A stretch of 64,000 bases of DNA from a virus: positions 11,123-75,122 of the IMG/VR virus record IMGVR_UViG_3300035190_000190; one strand, 5' to 3'. Below are positions 1-9,693 of this stretch, in pieces (position 1 is the stretch's first letter; each line of letters starts with the position of its first letter). Below the pieces are notes generated by a model. It ran no database searches, was not told the DNA's origin, and worked only from the letters and a program-made list of their open reading frames with translations. A program made the position numbers and the translations under genes.

Positions 1-1
1 T

Positions 2-811
2 TTTCTAGCACAGTTTCATCAGCTTAAAACAAACGGAGTATGGCTACAAGGACCTCAATTATACACAACCGCAGGACTGATATTATTAACAGTTATAGCA
101 GTAGTTGCGGCTCCAAAACTTATTAAACGTATGCCAGCTAGTTTATTTGGTATTGTTGTAGCTACTGCGGTAGCATTAACTTTCAATCTAGATACACATT
201 ATGTTAAAGATATTGCAACTATATCTGGAGAATTTCCTAGTTTCCATATACCTAATGTACCATTTACATGGGCAACCTTAGCTATCATTGCTCCATATTC
301 ATTTATACTTGCGGCCATTGGTCTAATAGAAACCTTACTAACCGCACAACTAGTTGATGATTATGTACATCACCACAAACCAATCGGCAGTACCCACCCA
401 AACAAAGAAAGTATGGCACAAGGTGCAGGTAATCTGCTAACTGGATTATTTGGCGGTATGGGTGGATGTGCAATGATTGGGCAAACTGTGATTAACTTAG
501 AAGCTGGCGGCTTTAATAGATTAGCTGGCATAGTACAATCATTATGTATACTTGCTTATATTTTATTTGCCAGTGTCGTAATTGAGAATATACCAATGGC
601 GGCACTAATTGGAGTAATGTTTGTTGTTTGTTATCATACTTTCAATTGGAAGAGCCTAACATTAACACAGCCAAAAGAAGATATGATATTGATATTGACA
701 GTGACTATATTAACTGTTATACTTAACTTAGCGTATGCAGTTTTAATCGGAATTGTACTAACCAGCATGTTACATTATTGGAAACATGTTAATAAAAAGG
801 AAGTTGCGTGA
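2..811 (+). CDS. SulP/SLC26 family anion permease, 5'-truncated by window edge, no STAS domain
   Basis: Frame open from base 2; hydrophobic helices; NKESMAQGAGN and GGMGGCAMIGQT SulP motifs. Confidence 0.85.
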   Translation, partial: FLAQFHQLKTNGVWLQGPQLYTTAGLILLTVIAVVAAPKLIKRMPASLFGIVVATAVALTFNLDTHYVKDIATISGEFPSFHIPNVPFTWATLAIIAPYSFILAAIGLIETLLTAQLVDDYVHHHKPIGSTHPNKESMAQGAGNLLTGLFGGMGGCAMIGQTVINLEAGGFNRLAGIVQSLCILAYILFASVVIENIPMAALIGVMFVVCYHTFNWKSLTLTQPKEDMILILTVTILTVILNLAYAVLIGIVLTSMLHYWKHVNKKEVA

Positions 812-1704
812 GAGTAAAATTATTATGTACAGATGGCGAAGGCACATTTAGTGAAATTGCCTGGGATAAGCCAGAAATTACAGCAGATGATATCGAAGTA
901 CGTGCTGTACTAACAGGTGTTTGTCGTAGTGATATCGATATGATGCAGGGCGAGTTCGGGCCACTGCCAATTAGTATGCACGGACACGAAGGGTTAGGTC
1001 ACGTTACTAATGTTGGTGCTAATATTACTGATGTGAAAGTTGGCGATTATGTTGCTACACGTGGCGAACCTGCGTATGCTGATATGTATAACGTTAGAGC
1101 ACGAGAATATGTTCAAGTACCAACCGCAGAACCTAAATACATATTAGAACCAGTTGCCTGTGGCATCAATGTAGTAAATCAAAATTTACGTGATGTTGCT
1201 GAACGTGCCGGTGAAGGTCGACGCTTGTTGATATTAGGTAGTGGATTCCTTGCGTGGGTAGCGTATAATACATTGTTAATCAATCATTTAGAATTTGACA
1301 TTACAGTAATTGGTCGCAGTAATCAAGACTTGTGGCAGGGTAAATTATCTCAAGAAATTACTGGTGTTTATGATGTTATTATTGATTTAACTGAGCGCAC
1401 CGATTACTTACAAGGTGACTGTGTTGCAAATAATGGATTAATTATTATTGGTACAGACAAACATATTAATCAAACATTTGGACAATTGATTTGGAAAGCT
1501 GTTACTATTAGTTTTCCGAGCCCACGCACACCACGCTTTTATGAAGCAATGGTGTTAGCACGTGATTGGGTTGCTTCTGGTCAATTAACTGTTGACAAGT
1601 TCTGGACAAAGTCGTATAATAGAAAGACAGAGTGGCAATCTGCATTTGCAGATGGCGTTAATAGACCAGCAGGCTACAGTAGAGGATACATTAAGTGGGA
1701 TTAA
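808..1704 (+). CDS. Zn-dependent medium-chain dehydrogenase (MDR family)
   Basis: GVCRSD and GHEG catalytic Zn motifs, VKVGDYV, LEPVAC, Rossmann ILGSGFLA. Confidence 0.8.
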   Translation: MRVKLLCTDGEGTFSEIAWDKPEITADDIEVRAVLTGVCRSDIDMMQGEFGPLPISMHGHEGLGHVTNVGANITDVKVGDYVATRGEPAYADMYNVRAREYVQVPTAEPKYILEPVACGINVVNQNLRDVAERAGEGRRLLILGSGFLAWVAYNTLLINHLEFDITVIGRSNQDLWQGKLSQEITGVYDVIIDLTERTDYLQGDCVANNGLIIIGTDKHINQTFGQLIWKAVTISFPSPRTPRFYEAMVLARDWVASGQLTVDKFWTKSYNRKTEWQSAFADGVNRPAGYSRGYIKWD

Positions 1705-2213
1705 ACACAGAAGAACGTCAGGAAGTAGTATATTTTACAGGTTATGAAGTAGAGCATACTATATGTTATGGTATGAAAACTTTGTTTGTAGTGGGTACTC
1801 CGCCTGTAGAAGAAATACTTGAAAAAGCTCAAGCAAATGAATGTAGTCACATTTACTTTGGTACTAGTCAAAGTTTTAATCCGCAAGCAATGACCTATGA
1901 AGAATATAAGCCTTGGGATGATGTTATTCTTGAATGTTTAAAGAATGACTACTGGGTTAGCTTAGACTTTGGTGTAGAACACATCGAAGGTGTTATTGAA
2001 AGCGGATATTCCGAATACGCTAGATTTGTTCCTATGATTAGTGTTAAATTACCCTACATTAATCAACTTAACTACAATGCTACACTTAAACTTGATGACA
2101 TTACGTGGGGTAAAACTAATCCCGGCGTATGGACACATCATTTACAAACGCTAATGGGCAAAGATAAATTTACCTATTGGGATCAATATACTCAAGATAC
2201 AGAGATCAAATAA
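1695..2213 (+). CDS. hypothetical protein translationally coupled to DpdL-like gene
   Basis: 172-aa ORF, GAGGA upstream, TAATG overlap with next gene. Confidence 0.75.
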   Translation: MGLNTEERQEVVYFTGYEVEHTICYGMKTLFVVGTPPVEEILEKAQANECSHIYFGTSQSFNPQAMTYEEYKPWDDVILECLKNDYWVSLDFGVEHIEGVIESGYSEYARFVPMISVKLPYINQLNYNATLKLDDITWGKTNPGVWTHHLQTLMGKDKFTYWDQYTQDTEIK

Positions 2214-2617
2214 TGATACAAGAAGAACGTGAACAAATAGAACGTATTAAGTTTAATGGAATACGTACAACTTATATTAAAGTTAGAACTGAATTTGAAG
2301 GGTTTCATTACTACCCTAACGCAGGTACTATTGATTCGCGTATCAAATTTCTTGAGAATGAACATCGACATATATTCAAAGTTGAGGTGAAAATATCAGT
2401 TACGCACCTCGACCGTGAATTAGAATTTTTCTTAGTTAAATGGGCTTTACAAGAATTTATTAAAGCAGGCAATCAAAATCACAAATCGTGTGAGATGATT
2501 GCTGTTAACATTTTAGAAAATCATTTAATACCATTGTATGGTAATAGATCTTATACTGTAGTAGTATCCGAGGATGGGGAATCAGATGGTATTATTGAAT
2601 TTGTTCCACAGCTTTAA
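2213..2617 (+). CDS. dpdL: QueD-like T-fold protein, DpdL-like (putative CDG decarboxylase)
   Basis: FEGFH...LENEHRHIF fits the LxxxHRHxF motif, plus SCEMIA and VSEDGE; start placed at TAATG overlap. Confidence 0.65.
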   Translation: MIQEEREQIERIKFNGIRTTYIKVRTEFEGFHYYPNAGTIDSRIKFLENEHRHIFKVEVKISVTHLDRELEFFLVKWALQEFIKAGNQNHKSCEMIAVNILENHLIPLYGNRSYTVVVSEDGESDGIIEFVPQL

Positions 2618-3329
2618 TTAGTTCTTCTAAAGTTATTGAACAACTTATACGTTTAGATCTATTATCAAACTTAGGTAGTAATTCTAAATTAGCATAATGC
2701 CCTATAATTTCTGGAGAAATATTTTGTTTAAACCCTTCAGTAATGCTAAATTTATGATCTAATTCAAAGTTAGCACCTCGTTCTAAATTTTGAGGATTAA
2801 TTTTATTTTGATAGTGTGTCCAACTCTTATAAGTATGATTAAGGACTTGTTCTCTATACAATTCCCACTCAGTTTTTAGTTCCTTGGAAATAGCAATACC
2901 ATTTTTAATTTTTGTATATGTTGCTTCGATGTAGCAAGAAGGATTTCGTTTAATGGCCTTAGCTGATTGTTTTTGTTTAGTCTCATTACTATGAGTCTTA
3001 TTATACATAGGATTATTTTCGCCGGAATGCCCGCCTCTAGTAGCAATTGCTTTCGAAATTTTATTACCCTTTGTAGCAAGCCAACTACGATCGTTATGTC
3101 GTTCTTTAAGAACAGCATTTCCCCTCTCGCTCATCAGTTTTATATGAGCACGTCGTTGTTCTGGAGTAATTTTACTATCTCTAGATGCTTGTGCTTTTTT
3201 AATAAAACCAGGGCATTGAGTAATTTTCTCAACACATCTCATTTTTTTGGAATTATAACTTATGTAAAAGGCTTGACATCCGCACAAATAACACGTATTA
3301 TTAACATTAACATTAGTAAGTTTAGGCAT
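2592..3329 (-). CDS. free-standing HNH homing endonuclease with NUMOD3-like motif
   Basis: GENNPMYNKTHSNETKQK (NUMOD3-like); ELDHKFS...NLELLPKFDNRSK (HNH); N-terminal CxxC; antisense to neighbours. Confidence 0.75.
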   Translation of the reverse strand: MPKLTNVNVNNTCYLCGCQAFYISYNSKKMRCVEKITQCPGFIKKAQASRDSKITPEQRRAHIKLMSERGNAVLKERHNDRSWLATKGNKISKAIATRGGHSGENNPMYNKTHSNETKQKQSAKAIKRNPSCYIEATYTKIKNGIAISKELKTEWELYREQVLNHTYKSWTHYQNKINPQNLERGANFELDHKFSITEGFKQNISPEIIGHYANLELLPKFDNRSKRISCSITLEELIKAVEQIQ

Positions 3330-3351
3330 AGTTCTATCTCTCTATTGTTAT

Positions 3352-3358
3352 TATTTAT
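3352..3358 (-). promoter_or_regulatory. putative T4-type late promoter (ATAAATA) for the HNH gene
   Basis: tatttat on + strand 22 nt upstream of the HNH start. Confidence 0.5.
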
Positions 3359-3389
3359 CTCAGCCGTCACTATTTAAGGAGAATTTTCC

Positions 3390-3620
3390 GTGGCAAATCC
3401 AGTTTGGCTTAAAAAGTATCTTACTATGAAGCCCGAAGTAAGACAAATCTACAACGATTTAGATGCATGGTGCAACTACTGTCGTTTCCACATGATCAAG
3501 TATGATGAGGCTGATTTATATGTTAGCCCAGCTTACAAAGAATGGCAGGAAAAACGCAAACGTCGCGAACAATGGCGCCAACAACAAGGGCAAACGCAGG
3601 GTTATCAAGGACGTAGATAG
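3390..3620 (+). CDS. hypothetical protein
   Basis: AAGGAG SD, GTG start, 76 aa, basic/Gln-rich tail. Confidence 0.7.
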   Translation: MANPVWLKKYLTMKPEVRQIYNDLDAWCNYCRFHMIKYDEADLYVSPAYKEWQEKRKRREQWRQQQGQTQGYQGRR

Positions 3621-3621
3621 C

Positions 3622-4215
3622 ATGACTGCTTACAGCAAGTCGAATATATCGATCATTGGTGAACAAGGCGATCTCGCTAAGGCATTATATAATAAGTTGA
3701 TATTAGAACACCATGTAATCTGTTATGGAAAAAATCAGTATGATTTTCTCAATAAAGATAATATTTCTACGTTAGTTGATAGTATCCATCAAAGTGATAT
3801 TATAATTAGCTGTCCTGGAGTTTTTGCTTCTGCTGACAGCTGGGAGACGTTTACTATAAATGCTCTTGCGCCAATTTATCTATTAGAAAAATTAGTAGAA
3901 AAACAATCCAAAGCTCATGTTATAATTGTGGGTAGTCATGGTGCTATGTGGACTAGTTGGCCAGGAATCTCAATGGGAAAATTGGCTTATAATGTCAGTA
4001 AAGAAACTATACAATCTTTTACTACAGGACTAAGCCAGTCTAATTTATCTGATCTGAAATTATCTGTGTTTAATCCTAGCGTATTCCAAAGTAAAATAAA
4101 TGGATATCAAGGTCATCCTATCGATATTATCGTAGATGGTATTATACATGTTATACAAGCTCCCGCTCCACTATTAATCTACGAATATAATAATTATCAA
4201 AATGCTAGTCGATAA
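3622..4215 (+). CDS. divergent short-chain dehydrogenase/reductase
   Basis: IIGEQGDLA Rossmann-like start, INALAP, YNVSK (YxxxK); start moved to ATG 3622. Confidence 0.6.
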   Translation: MTAYSKSNISIIGEQGDLAKALYNKLILEHHVICYGKNQYDFLNKDNISTLVDSIHQSDIIISCPGVFASADSWETFTINALAPIYLLEKLVEKQSKAHVIIVGSHGAMWTSWPGISMGKLAYNVSKETIQSFTTGLSQSNLSDLKLSVFNPSVFQSKINGYQGHPIDIIVDGIIHVIQAPAPLLIYEYNNYQNASR

Positions 4216-5308
4216 AATATCTCAAATTGAATTAGAATTAACTACTAAATGCAATGCTCGTTGTCCGCAGTGTATACGTAATTATTATGGGTCATATACG
4301 TGGCCTAGTTTACCTATTGTTGATTTAGATATTAATACACTTAAACAATCTATTAATTCTGAAATTTGGGAAAACTTAGATCATCTGAGATTATGTGGCA
4401 CTTACGGTGATCCATGTATGCATAAAGATCTTATTAAAATAGTAAAATGGATTAAAACCGTAAGCCCTGCAGCTATTACTATCAACTCCAATGGTGGAAT
4501 TAGAAACCCTAAGTGGTGGGGAGAACTTGCTGGTATACTAGATAGCGACAAAGACACAGTGGTTTTTGGATTAGACGGATTAGCCGATACCAATCATCTC
4601 CATCGAATTGGCGTAAATTATAATAAAGTTATAGAAAATCTTAAAGCATTCAACCAAGCCGGGGGTAAATCAGTTTGGCAATTTTTGGTATTCGAACATA
4701 ACGAACATCAAGTTGATATTGCTAGAGAATTTGCACTTAGTATCGGGTGCGCAGAATTTTCTTATAAATTAACCAGCAGATTTGTGGATAAAACCCATAA
4801 ATTAATAGATAAAAGTCCTGTGATGAATAATCAAGGCGAACCTATTTATTTTTTAAAGCCTGCTAAAAATTCTAAATATAAAAATCAAGGATATGATACC
4901 TTTGAAGAAACAACTAAACTATTTGATGGTTATGACAATTATTTAAAAACAACTACCATTGATTGTTTTGCAAAAAGAATGCAATATATAGCTATCACTG
5001 CCGAAGGTTATGTTTTTCCTTGTGCTTGGCTGGCTGATAGACTATATGGATACGAAACAGAAAAACATAAAGATCACGAAACCATTTTAAAAATGATTGA
5101 TAGTATAGGCGGTAAGGAAAAAATTAATTTAAAATATACAGATCTTAATAGTATTATTTCAGGGCCTTGGTTTGAGCTAGTAGAAAATAGTTGGAAAACC
5201 AATGAGTTAGAAAGATGTGCGCATATATGTGGCAGTAGAAGTGGGCTGATACAGGCCGCCAGCGAAGGCCAATTTAAAAGTTTAATTGATCCTAAGGTAA
5301 AAAAATGA
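4202..5308 (+). CDS. radical SAM protein with C-terminal SPASM/twitch domain
   Basis: CNARCPQC; GTYGDP; C-terminal C...GYVFPC...CAHIC. Confidence 0.85.
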   Translation: MLVDKISQIELELTTKCNARCPQCIRNYYGSYTWPSLPIVDLDINTLKQSINSEIWENLDHLRLCGTYGDPCMHKDLIKIVKWIKTVSPAAITINSNGGIRNPKWWGELAGILDSDKDTVVFGLDGLADTNHLHRIGVNYNKVIENLKAFNQAGGKSVWQFLVFEHNEHQVDIAREFALSIGCAEFSYKLTSRFVDKTHKLIDKSPVMNNQGEPIYFLKPAKNSKYKNQGYDTFEETTKLFDGYDNYLKTTTIDCFAKRMQYIAITAEGYVFPCAWLADRLYGYETEKHKDHETILKMIDSIGGKEKINLKYTDLNSIISGPWFELVENSWKTNELERCAHICGSRSGLIQAASEGQFKSLIDPKVKK

Positions 5309-6402
5309 CGATATTTTTAGTAGATCTAGAAGCAGTAGAAACTAGGTACACAGGGCAATGGAAGACTCATGTACCTACGTTGCTCGAGGAACATGGGCAC
5401 GAAGTTTATGTTGTTGCAGGACCTCATGATATTCCAGCGGCTACTACTCCCGGTGCTTTCCTTAACTTTGGCGGTACTAATATCTATAAAGCCAATCAAG
5501 TTGAACAAATAGCAAGACTATTCACAGAAGGTAGGATTGTCAAAGGGGATCATTTTATCTTTACTGATGCTTGGCACCCTGGCATCATTAATCTTAAGTA
5601 TATGAGTGAGCTACTGGGTATTCCTGTAACTATACATGCTCTATGGCACGCTGGTAGCTATGACCCACAGGACTTTTTAGGTCGTCTTATTGGTGATGCC
5701 CCGTGGGTACGTCACGCAGAAAAGAGTTTCTTTCATGCTATCGACTATAACTACTTTGCCACTGACTTTCATATTGAGATGTTCTTTACTAATCTATTAA
5801 ATGATTATCCTACTGAAAATCCTTGGTTTGATGAAGACCTAGCAGAACTACGTGCAGGTACACTTACAGATAAGATTGTACGCAGTGGATGGCCTATGGA
5901 ATATATGCCAGAAACTATTACACCTTATAAGACTGCTAAACGTGACTTAATCTTATTTCCGCATCGTATAGCACCAGAGAAGCAAGTTGAGATATTTAAA
6001 GAACTTGCGGCTGCACTACCACAGTATGAATGGATTGTATGTCAAGAGCAGAACTTGACAAAAGCAGGCTATCATACTTTACTAGGTGAAGCTAAGATGG
6101 TATTCAGTGCTAACCTACAGGAAACATTAGGTATTAGTATGTATGAAGGTGCCTTAACTGATGCTATTCCTATGGTTCCGGATAGATTGTCATACAGTGA
6201 AATGTATGCTGAGATTTGGAAGTATCCTAGTGAGTGGACTGAGTCATATAGCAGTTTCTTACATCATAAATCAGAACTATGCAATAAGATTGTGGAGTTT
6301 ATGACTGACTATGATGAATATGCTAAACTTGTTCCACAACAAGCACATAGTCTACATCATGATTTCTTTTCAGCAACTAAACTATTAGCTAATATCAAAT
6401 AA
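5305..6402 (+). CDS. GT-B (GT4-like) glycosyltransferase
   Basis: FPHRIAPEKQ and ETLGISMYE (Ex7E) motifs. Confidence 0.7.
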   Translation: MTIFLVDLEAVETRYTGQWKTHVPTLLEEHGHEVYVVAGPHDIPAATTPGAFLNFGGTNIYKANQVEQIARLFTEGRIVKGDHFIFTDAWHPGIINLKYMSELLGIPVTIHALWHAGSYDPQDFLGRLIGDAPWVRHAEKSFFHAIDYNYFATDFHIEMFFTNLLNDYPTENPWFDEDLAELRAGTLTDKIVRSGWPMEYMPETITPYKTAKRDLILFPHRIAPEKQVEIFKELAAALPQYEWIVCQEQNLTKAGYHTLLGEAKMVFSANLQETLGISMYEGALTDAIPMVPDRLSYSEMYAEIWKYPSEWTESYSSFLHHKSELCNKIVEFMTDYDEYAKLVPQQAHSLHHDFFSATKLLANIK

Positions 6403-6989
6403 TGAATGCCTTTGATCCAATATACCAGTTTGAACAAGCATTAGGTGCGCTTACGGGTGCACCTTTTGTCGTTATGACAGATTCGTGTACACATGCACTA
6501 GAACTGTGTCTACGTTACGACAAGGTAAAACGGTGTCGTTTTACGGCATTTACCTACCTTTCTGTGCCAATGACCATGCATAAATTAGACATTTCGTATG
6601 GTTTAGTGCCTGATAATGAATGGGTCGGAGAATATCCCATACTTGGTACACGGATATGGGATAGTGCGAGATTGCTACGTACAGGTATGTATCGTAGTGG
6701 GCAAATGCAGTGCTTGAGCTTTGGTCACAGCAAGCCATTGGATATTGGTCGTGGTGGTGCTATCTTGCTAGACGATGAAGTTGCCTACAACAAACTTATA
6801 CAGCAACGTGGCGACGGCAGAGACTTAAAGATAACACCATGGGAATCACAAAAGGTATTTGAAGTTGGCTATCATTATCGTCCAACCATAGAAGAAGCAG
6901 TACAAGCATTAGAAAAATTACCGTTGGTTAATCAAGAATCTAAATACGTTGTGTATCCAGATCTTAGAGAGATAATTATAAAGGATTAA
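6402..6989 (+). CDS. short DegT/DnrJ/EryC1/StrS-type PLP-dependent protein
   Basis: DSCTHAL, WDSA, SFGHSKPLDIGRGG (PLP lysine); only 195 aa. Confidence 0.75.
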   Translation: MNAFDPIYQFEQALGALTGAPFVVMTDSCTHALELCLRYDKVKRCRFTAFTYLSVPMTMHKLDISYGLVPDNEWVGEYPILGTRIWDSARLLRTGMYRSGQMQCLSFGHSKPLDIGRGGAILLDDEVAYNKLIQQRGDGRDLKITPWESQKVFEVGYHYRPTIEEAVQALEKLPLVNQESKYVVYPDLREIIIKD

Positions 6990-6990
6990 T

Positions 6991-7911
6991 ATGAAAGTTT
7001 TTATCACAGGAGCTAGTGGATTCATTGGCTCCCATTTTGTTAAAGTATTAGAAAATAACCATATGGTGCATTCGATGCAGTCGGACTTATTGGAATTTTC
7101 AAAAGTTAGACAAGAATTATTCGACTTTGACCCCGATGTGATTGTACACTTTGGTGCGAGAACCGAAGTCGAGCGTAGTTTTTACGAACAAGTTACTTTT
7201 AGTCAGGTTAATTATGTCGGTACTGTAAATTTAATCGAAAGTGCCGCTAAACTTAAAAATCTAAAAAATTTCGTATTCGCTAGTACAATGGAAGTGTACG
7301 GCTGGCAGCCAGTGAGTGATATAATTAAAGAGAAGGGATATCTCAAAGATATTCCGATATTTGACGAAAATACTATCCCAAATCCCAATGCTCCGTATGC
7401 TGTTGCCAAATATGCTTGCGAAAAATATTTAGAATATGCTCACAGAAGCTTAGGTCTTCCATTTTGTGCTATTAGACAAACCAATACATACGGTCGTAAG
7501 AAGAATGATTTTTTTGTTGTAGAACAGATTATTACACAAATGATGAAAAATCCTAATATTATTAACTTAGGATACGATACTCCATATAGAAATTTCTTAT
7601 ATATCGATGATTTACTAAATTTATGGTCTACTATCATTGAAAATCCAGATAAAGTAAGCAATGGTTATATTTTTACTATAGGACCAAATAATCCCATTCA
7701 GATTAAAGAATTAGCAAATGTTATTGCTAAGAAATTAGATTGGCATGGCGAAATAAAGTGGAATTCAAAACCTGCTAGGCCTGGAGAAATTTATCTATTA
7801 AACAGTGGCCACGAATTGGTTACCAAAATAACTGGATGGAAGCCGACTGTAGATTTAAATAACGGGTTAGATAGAACCATTGATCATTGGAAAATAGAGT
7901 TAAGCAAATAA
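6991..7911 (+). CDS. NAD-dependent nucleotide-sugar epimerase/dehydratase
   Basis: ITGASGFIG, ASTMEVYG, YAVAK. Confidence 0.9.
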   Translation: MKVFITGASGFIGSHFVKVLENNHMVHSMQSDLLEFSKVRQELFDFDPDVIVHFGARTEVERSFYEQVTFSQVNYVGTVNLIESAAKLKNLKNFVFASTMEVYGWQPVSDIIKEKGYLKDIPIFDENTIPNPNAPYAVAKYACEKYLEYAHRSLGLPFCAIRQTNTYGRKKNDFFVVEQIITQMMKNPNIINLGYDTPYRNFLYIDDLLNLWSTIIENPDKVSNGYIFTIGPNNPIQIKELANVIAKKLDWHGEIKWNSKPARPGEIYLLNSGHELVTKITGWKPTVDLNNGLDRTIDHWKIELSK

Positions 7912-9693
7912 ATGCATAATGTCTATCTATTCCAGCCACAATATGCTGTAGAATTTCGAGAAGAAAAAAATTATTGGTTACCATATAGTGCTGGGTGCTT
8001 ATGGAGTTATGCTAGCCAATTTACTGATATAAGAGAAAATTTTATTCTTCGAGAATTATTCTTTAAAAGACAGCCTATCGACGAAATATTAGATAGGATC
8101 GATAATCCGAAAGTTTGTGGATTTAGTTGTTATTTGTGGAACGAACGGTATAGTCTAACATTAGCTAAAGCGATAAAATTGCGATGGCCGGAATGTATAA
8201 TTGTATTTGGTGGCGCTCAGGTCAGTGGCCGTATGCTTAAATATGAATTTATCGATTCACTGGTTATGGCAGAAGGTGAAGAAGCATTTACTAAAATTTT
8301 ACAAGATATAATTGCTAAAAATCCCATAGATAAGCTAACGTCACGAGCACGGCTTCAAGATCTTAATATACCAAGTCCGTATGTCACTGGTGTGTTTGAT
8401 CAATTAATTATAGATAACCCTAATACTATATGGGCAATGACATTAGAAACTAATCGAGGGTGTCCGTATGCTTGTACATTTTGTGATTGGGGAGGTACCA
8501 CTTATAGTAAAGTTAAGAAGTTCGATCTCGACAAGGTTGCGGCAGAACTAGACTGGGCAGTTAATCATCGAGTGGCTTATATTTTTAGTGCTGATGCTAA
8601 TTTTGGTATATTTAAAGAACGAGATGTTGAAATTGCTAAATTGATACGGACAGCGGCTGATAATTCAATTATCGAAACTGTTAATTTACAATTTGCAAAG
8701 AATAGTACAGAAATTGTTTTCGAAATTGCTAAAATCATGGGGCCATATAATCGAGGTATTACAGTTAGTGTGCAGAGTATGAATGACCTTACTTTAGAAA
8801 CAATTAAACGTAAAAATCTTGAAATAAACAATATTAAATATCTATTAGAACTTAGCAAAAAGTATGACCTTAGTACTTACACCGAAGTTATATTGGGATT
8901 ACCTCACGAAACAAAAGAATCATGGATAAATGGATTATCCCAACTGTTAGAATTGGGACAACACCAAAGCATTGATATCTGGTTTACACAATTACTCGAG
9001 AATTCAGAACTTGCCACAGAACAAAGTAGAAGAGAGTACGGTATTAAATCTATATTAGTTAAAGATTATATGAACTTAGACCAAACCGAAGATAGTATAC
9101 CCGAATATACTGAAATTGTGTGCGAAACTAATACAATGTCTACTGAGGAAATGATTGATTGTTATATGTATACCTGGATGATCATACATTTTCATATTGC
9201 CGGGTATACACAAATTATAGCCAAATATGCCAGAAATCTTGAAAATATATCATTCAAAATATTTTACGACCAATTATTTACAGAAATACAATATAATAAA
9301 TCGCTCGGCGAACATTACCAATCGTTACGAAATACTGTTACTGATTATCTAACTACAGGTACCCTAACAGGAAAACTAGCCGGCGGCCATGCATTGCATG
9401 CAGTTTCGTATAAGTTTATGTACGAAAATAGATGCACCGTAGCTAACCTTGCTGTAACTGCATTAAAAAAATTAATACCGATTGTACCATCAGATCTACT
9501 GTTACTGCAAGATTTGTTTATTATAGATATAACTACACAATATCCCCAAACCTTACAAACCAATTATAACATCGACACTGGCAGTAAGATGATAACTACC
9601 TATGTAATAACTCAACGAATTAAAGAACAAATAGAAGATTTTTATACTATACGGAGAAAAGGGTTAATAAAAAACCTATTATTAATATTATGA
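7912..9693 (+). CDS. cobalamin-binding radical SAM protein
   Basis: GFSCYLWN...IVFGGAQ B12-binding-like domain; ETNRGCPYACTFCDW; DANFG. Confidence 0.85.
   Translation: MHNVYLFQPQYAVEFREEKNYWLPYSAGCLWSYASQFTDIRENFILRELFFKRQPIDEILDRIDNPKVCGFSCYLWNERYSLTLAKAIKLRWPECIIVFGGAQVSGRMLKYEFIDSLVMAEGEEAFTKILQDIIAKNPIDKLTSRARLQDLNIPSPYVTGVFDQLIIDNPNTIWAMTLETNRGCPYACTFCDWGGTTYSKVKKFDLDKVAAELDWAVNHRVAYIFSADANFGIFKERDVEIAKLIRTAADNSIIETVNLQFAKNSTEIVFEIAKIMGPYNRGITVSVQSMNDLTLETIKRKNLEINNIKYLLELSKKYDLSTYTEVILGLPHETKESWINGLSQLLELGQHQSIDIWFTQLLENSELATEQSRREYGIKSILVKDYMNLDQTEDSIPEYTEIVCETNTMSTEEMIDCYMYTWMIIHFHIAGYTQIIAKYARNLENISFKIFYDQLFTEIQYNKSLGEHYQSLRNTVTDYLTTGTLTGKLAGGHALHAVSYKFMYENRCTVANLAVTALKKLIPIVPSDLLLLQDLFIIDITTQYPQTLQTNYNIDTGSKMITTYVITQRIKEQIEDFYTIRRKGLIKNLLLIL

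Noticed and set aside
2967-3377. 136-aa plus-strand ORF opposite the HNH gene
   Set aside because: Antisense shadow with no SD or motif; the HNH frame explains the region.
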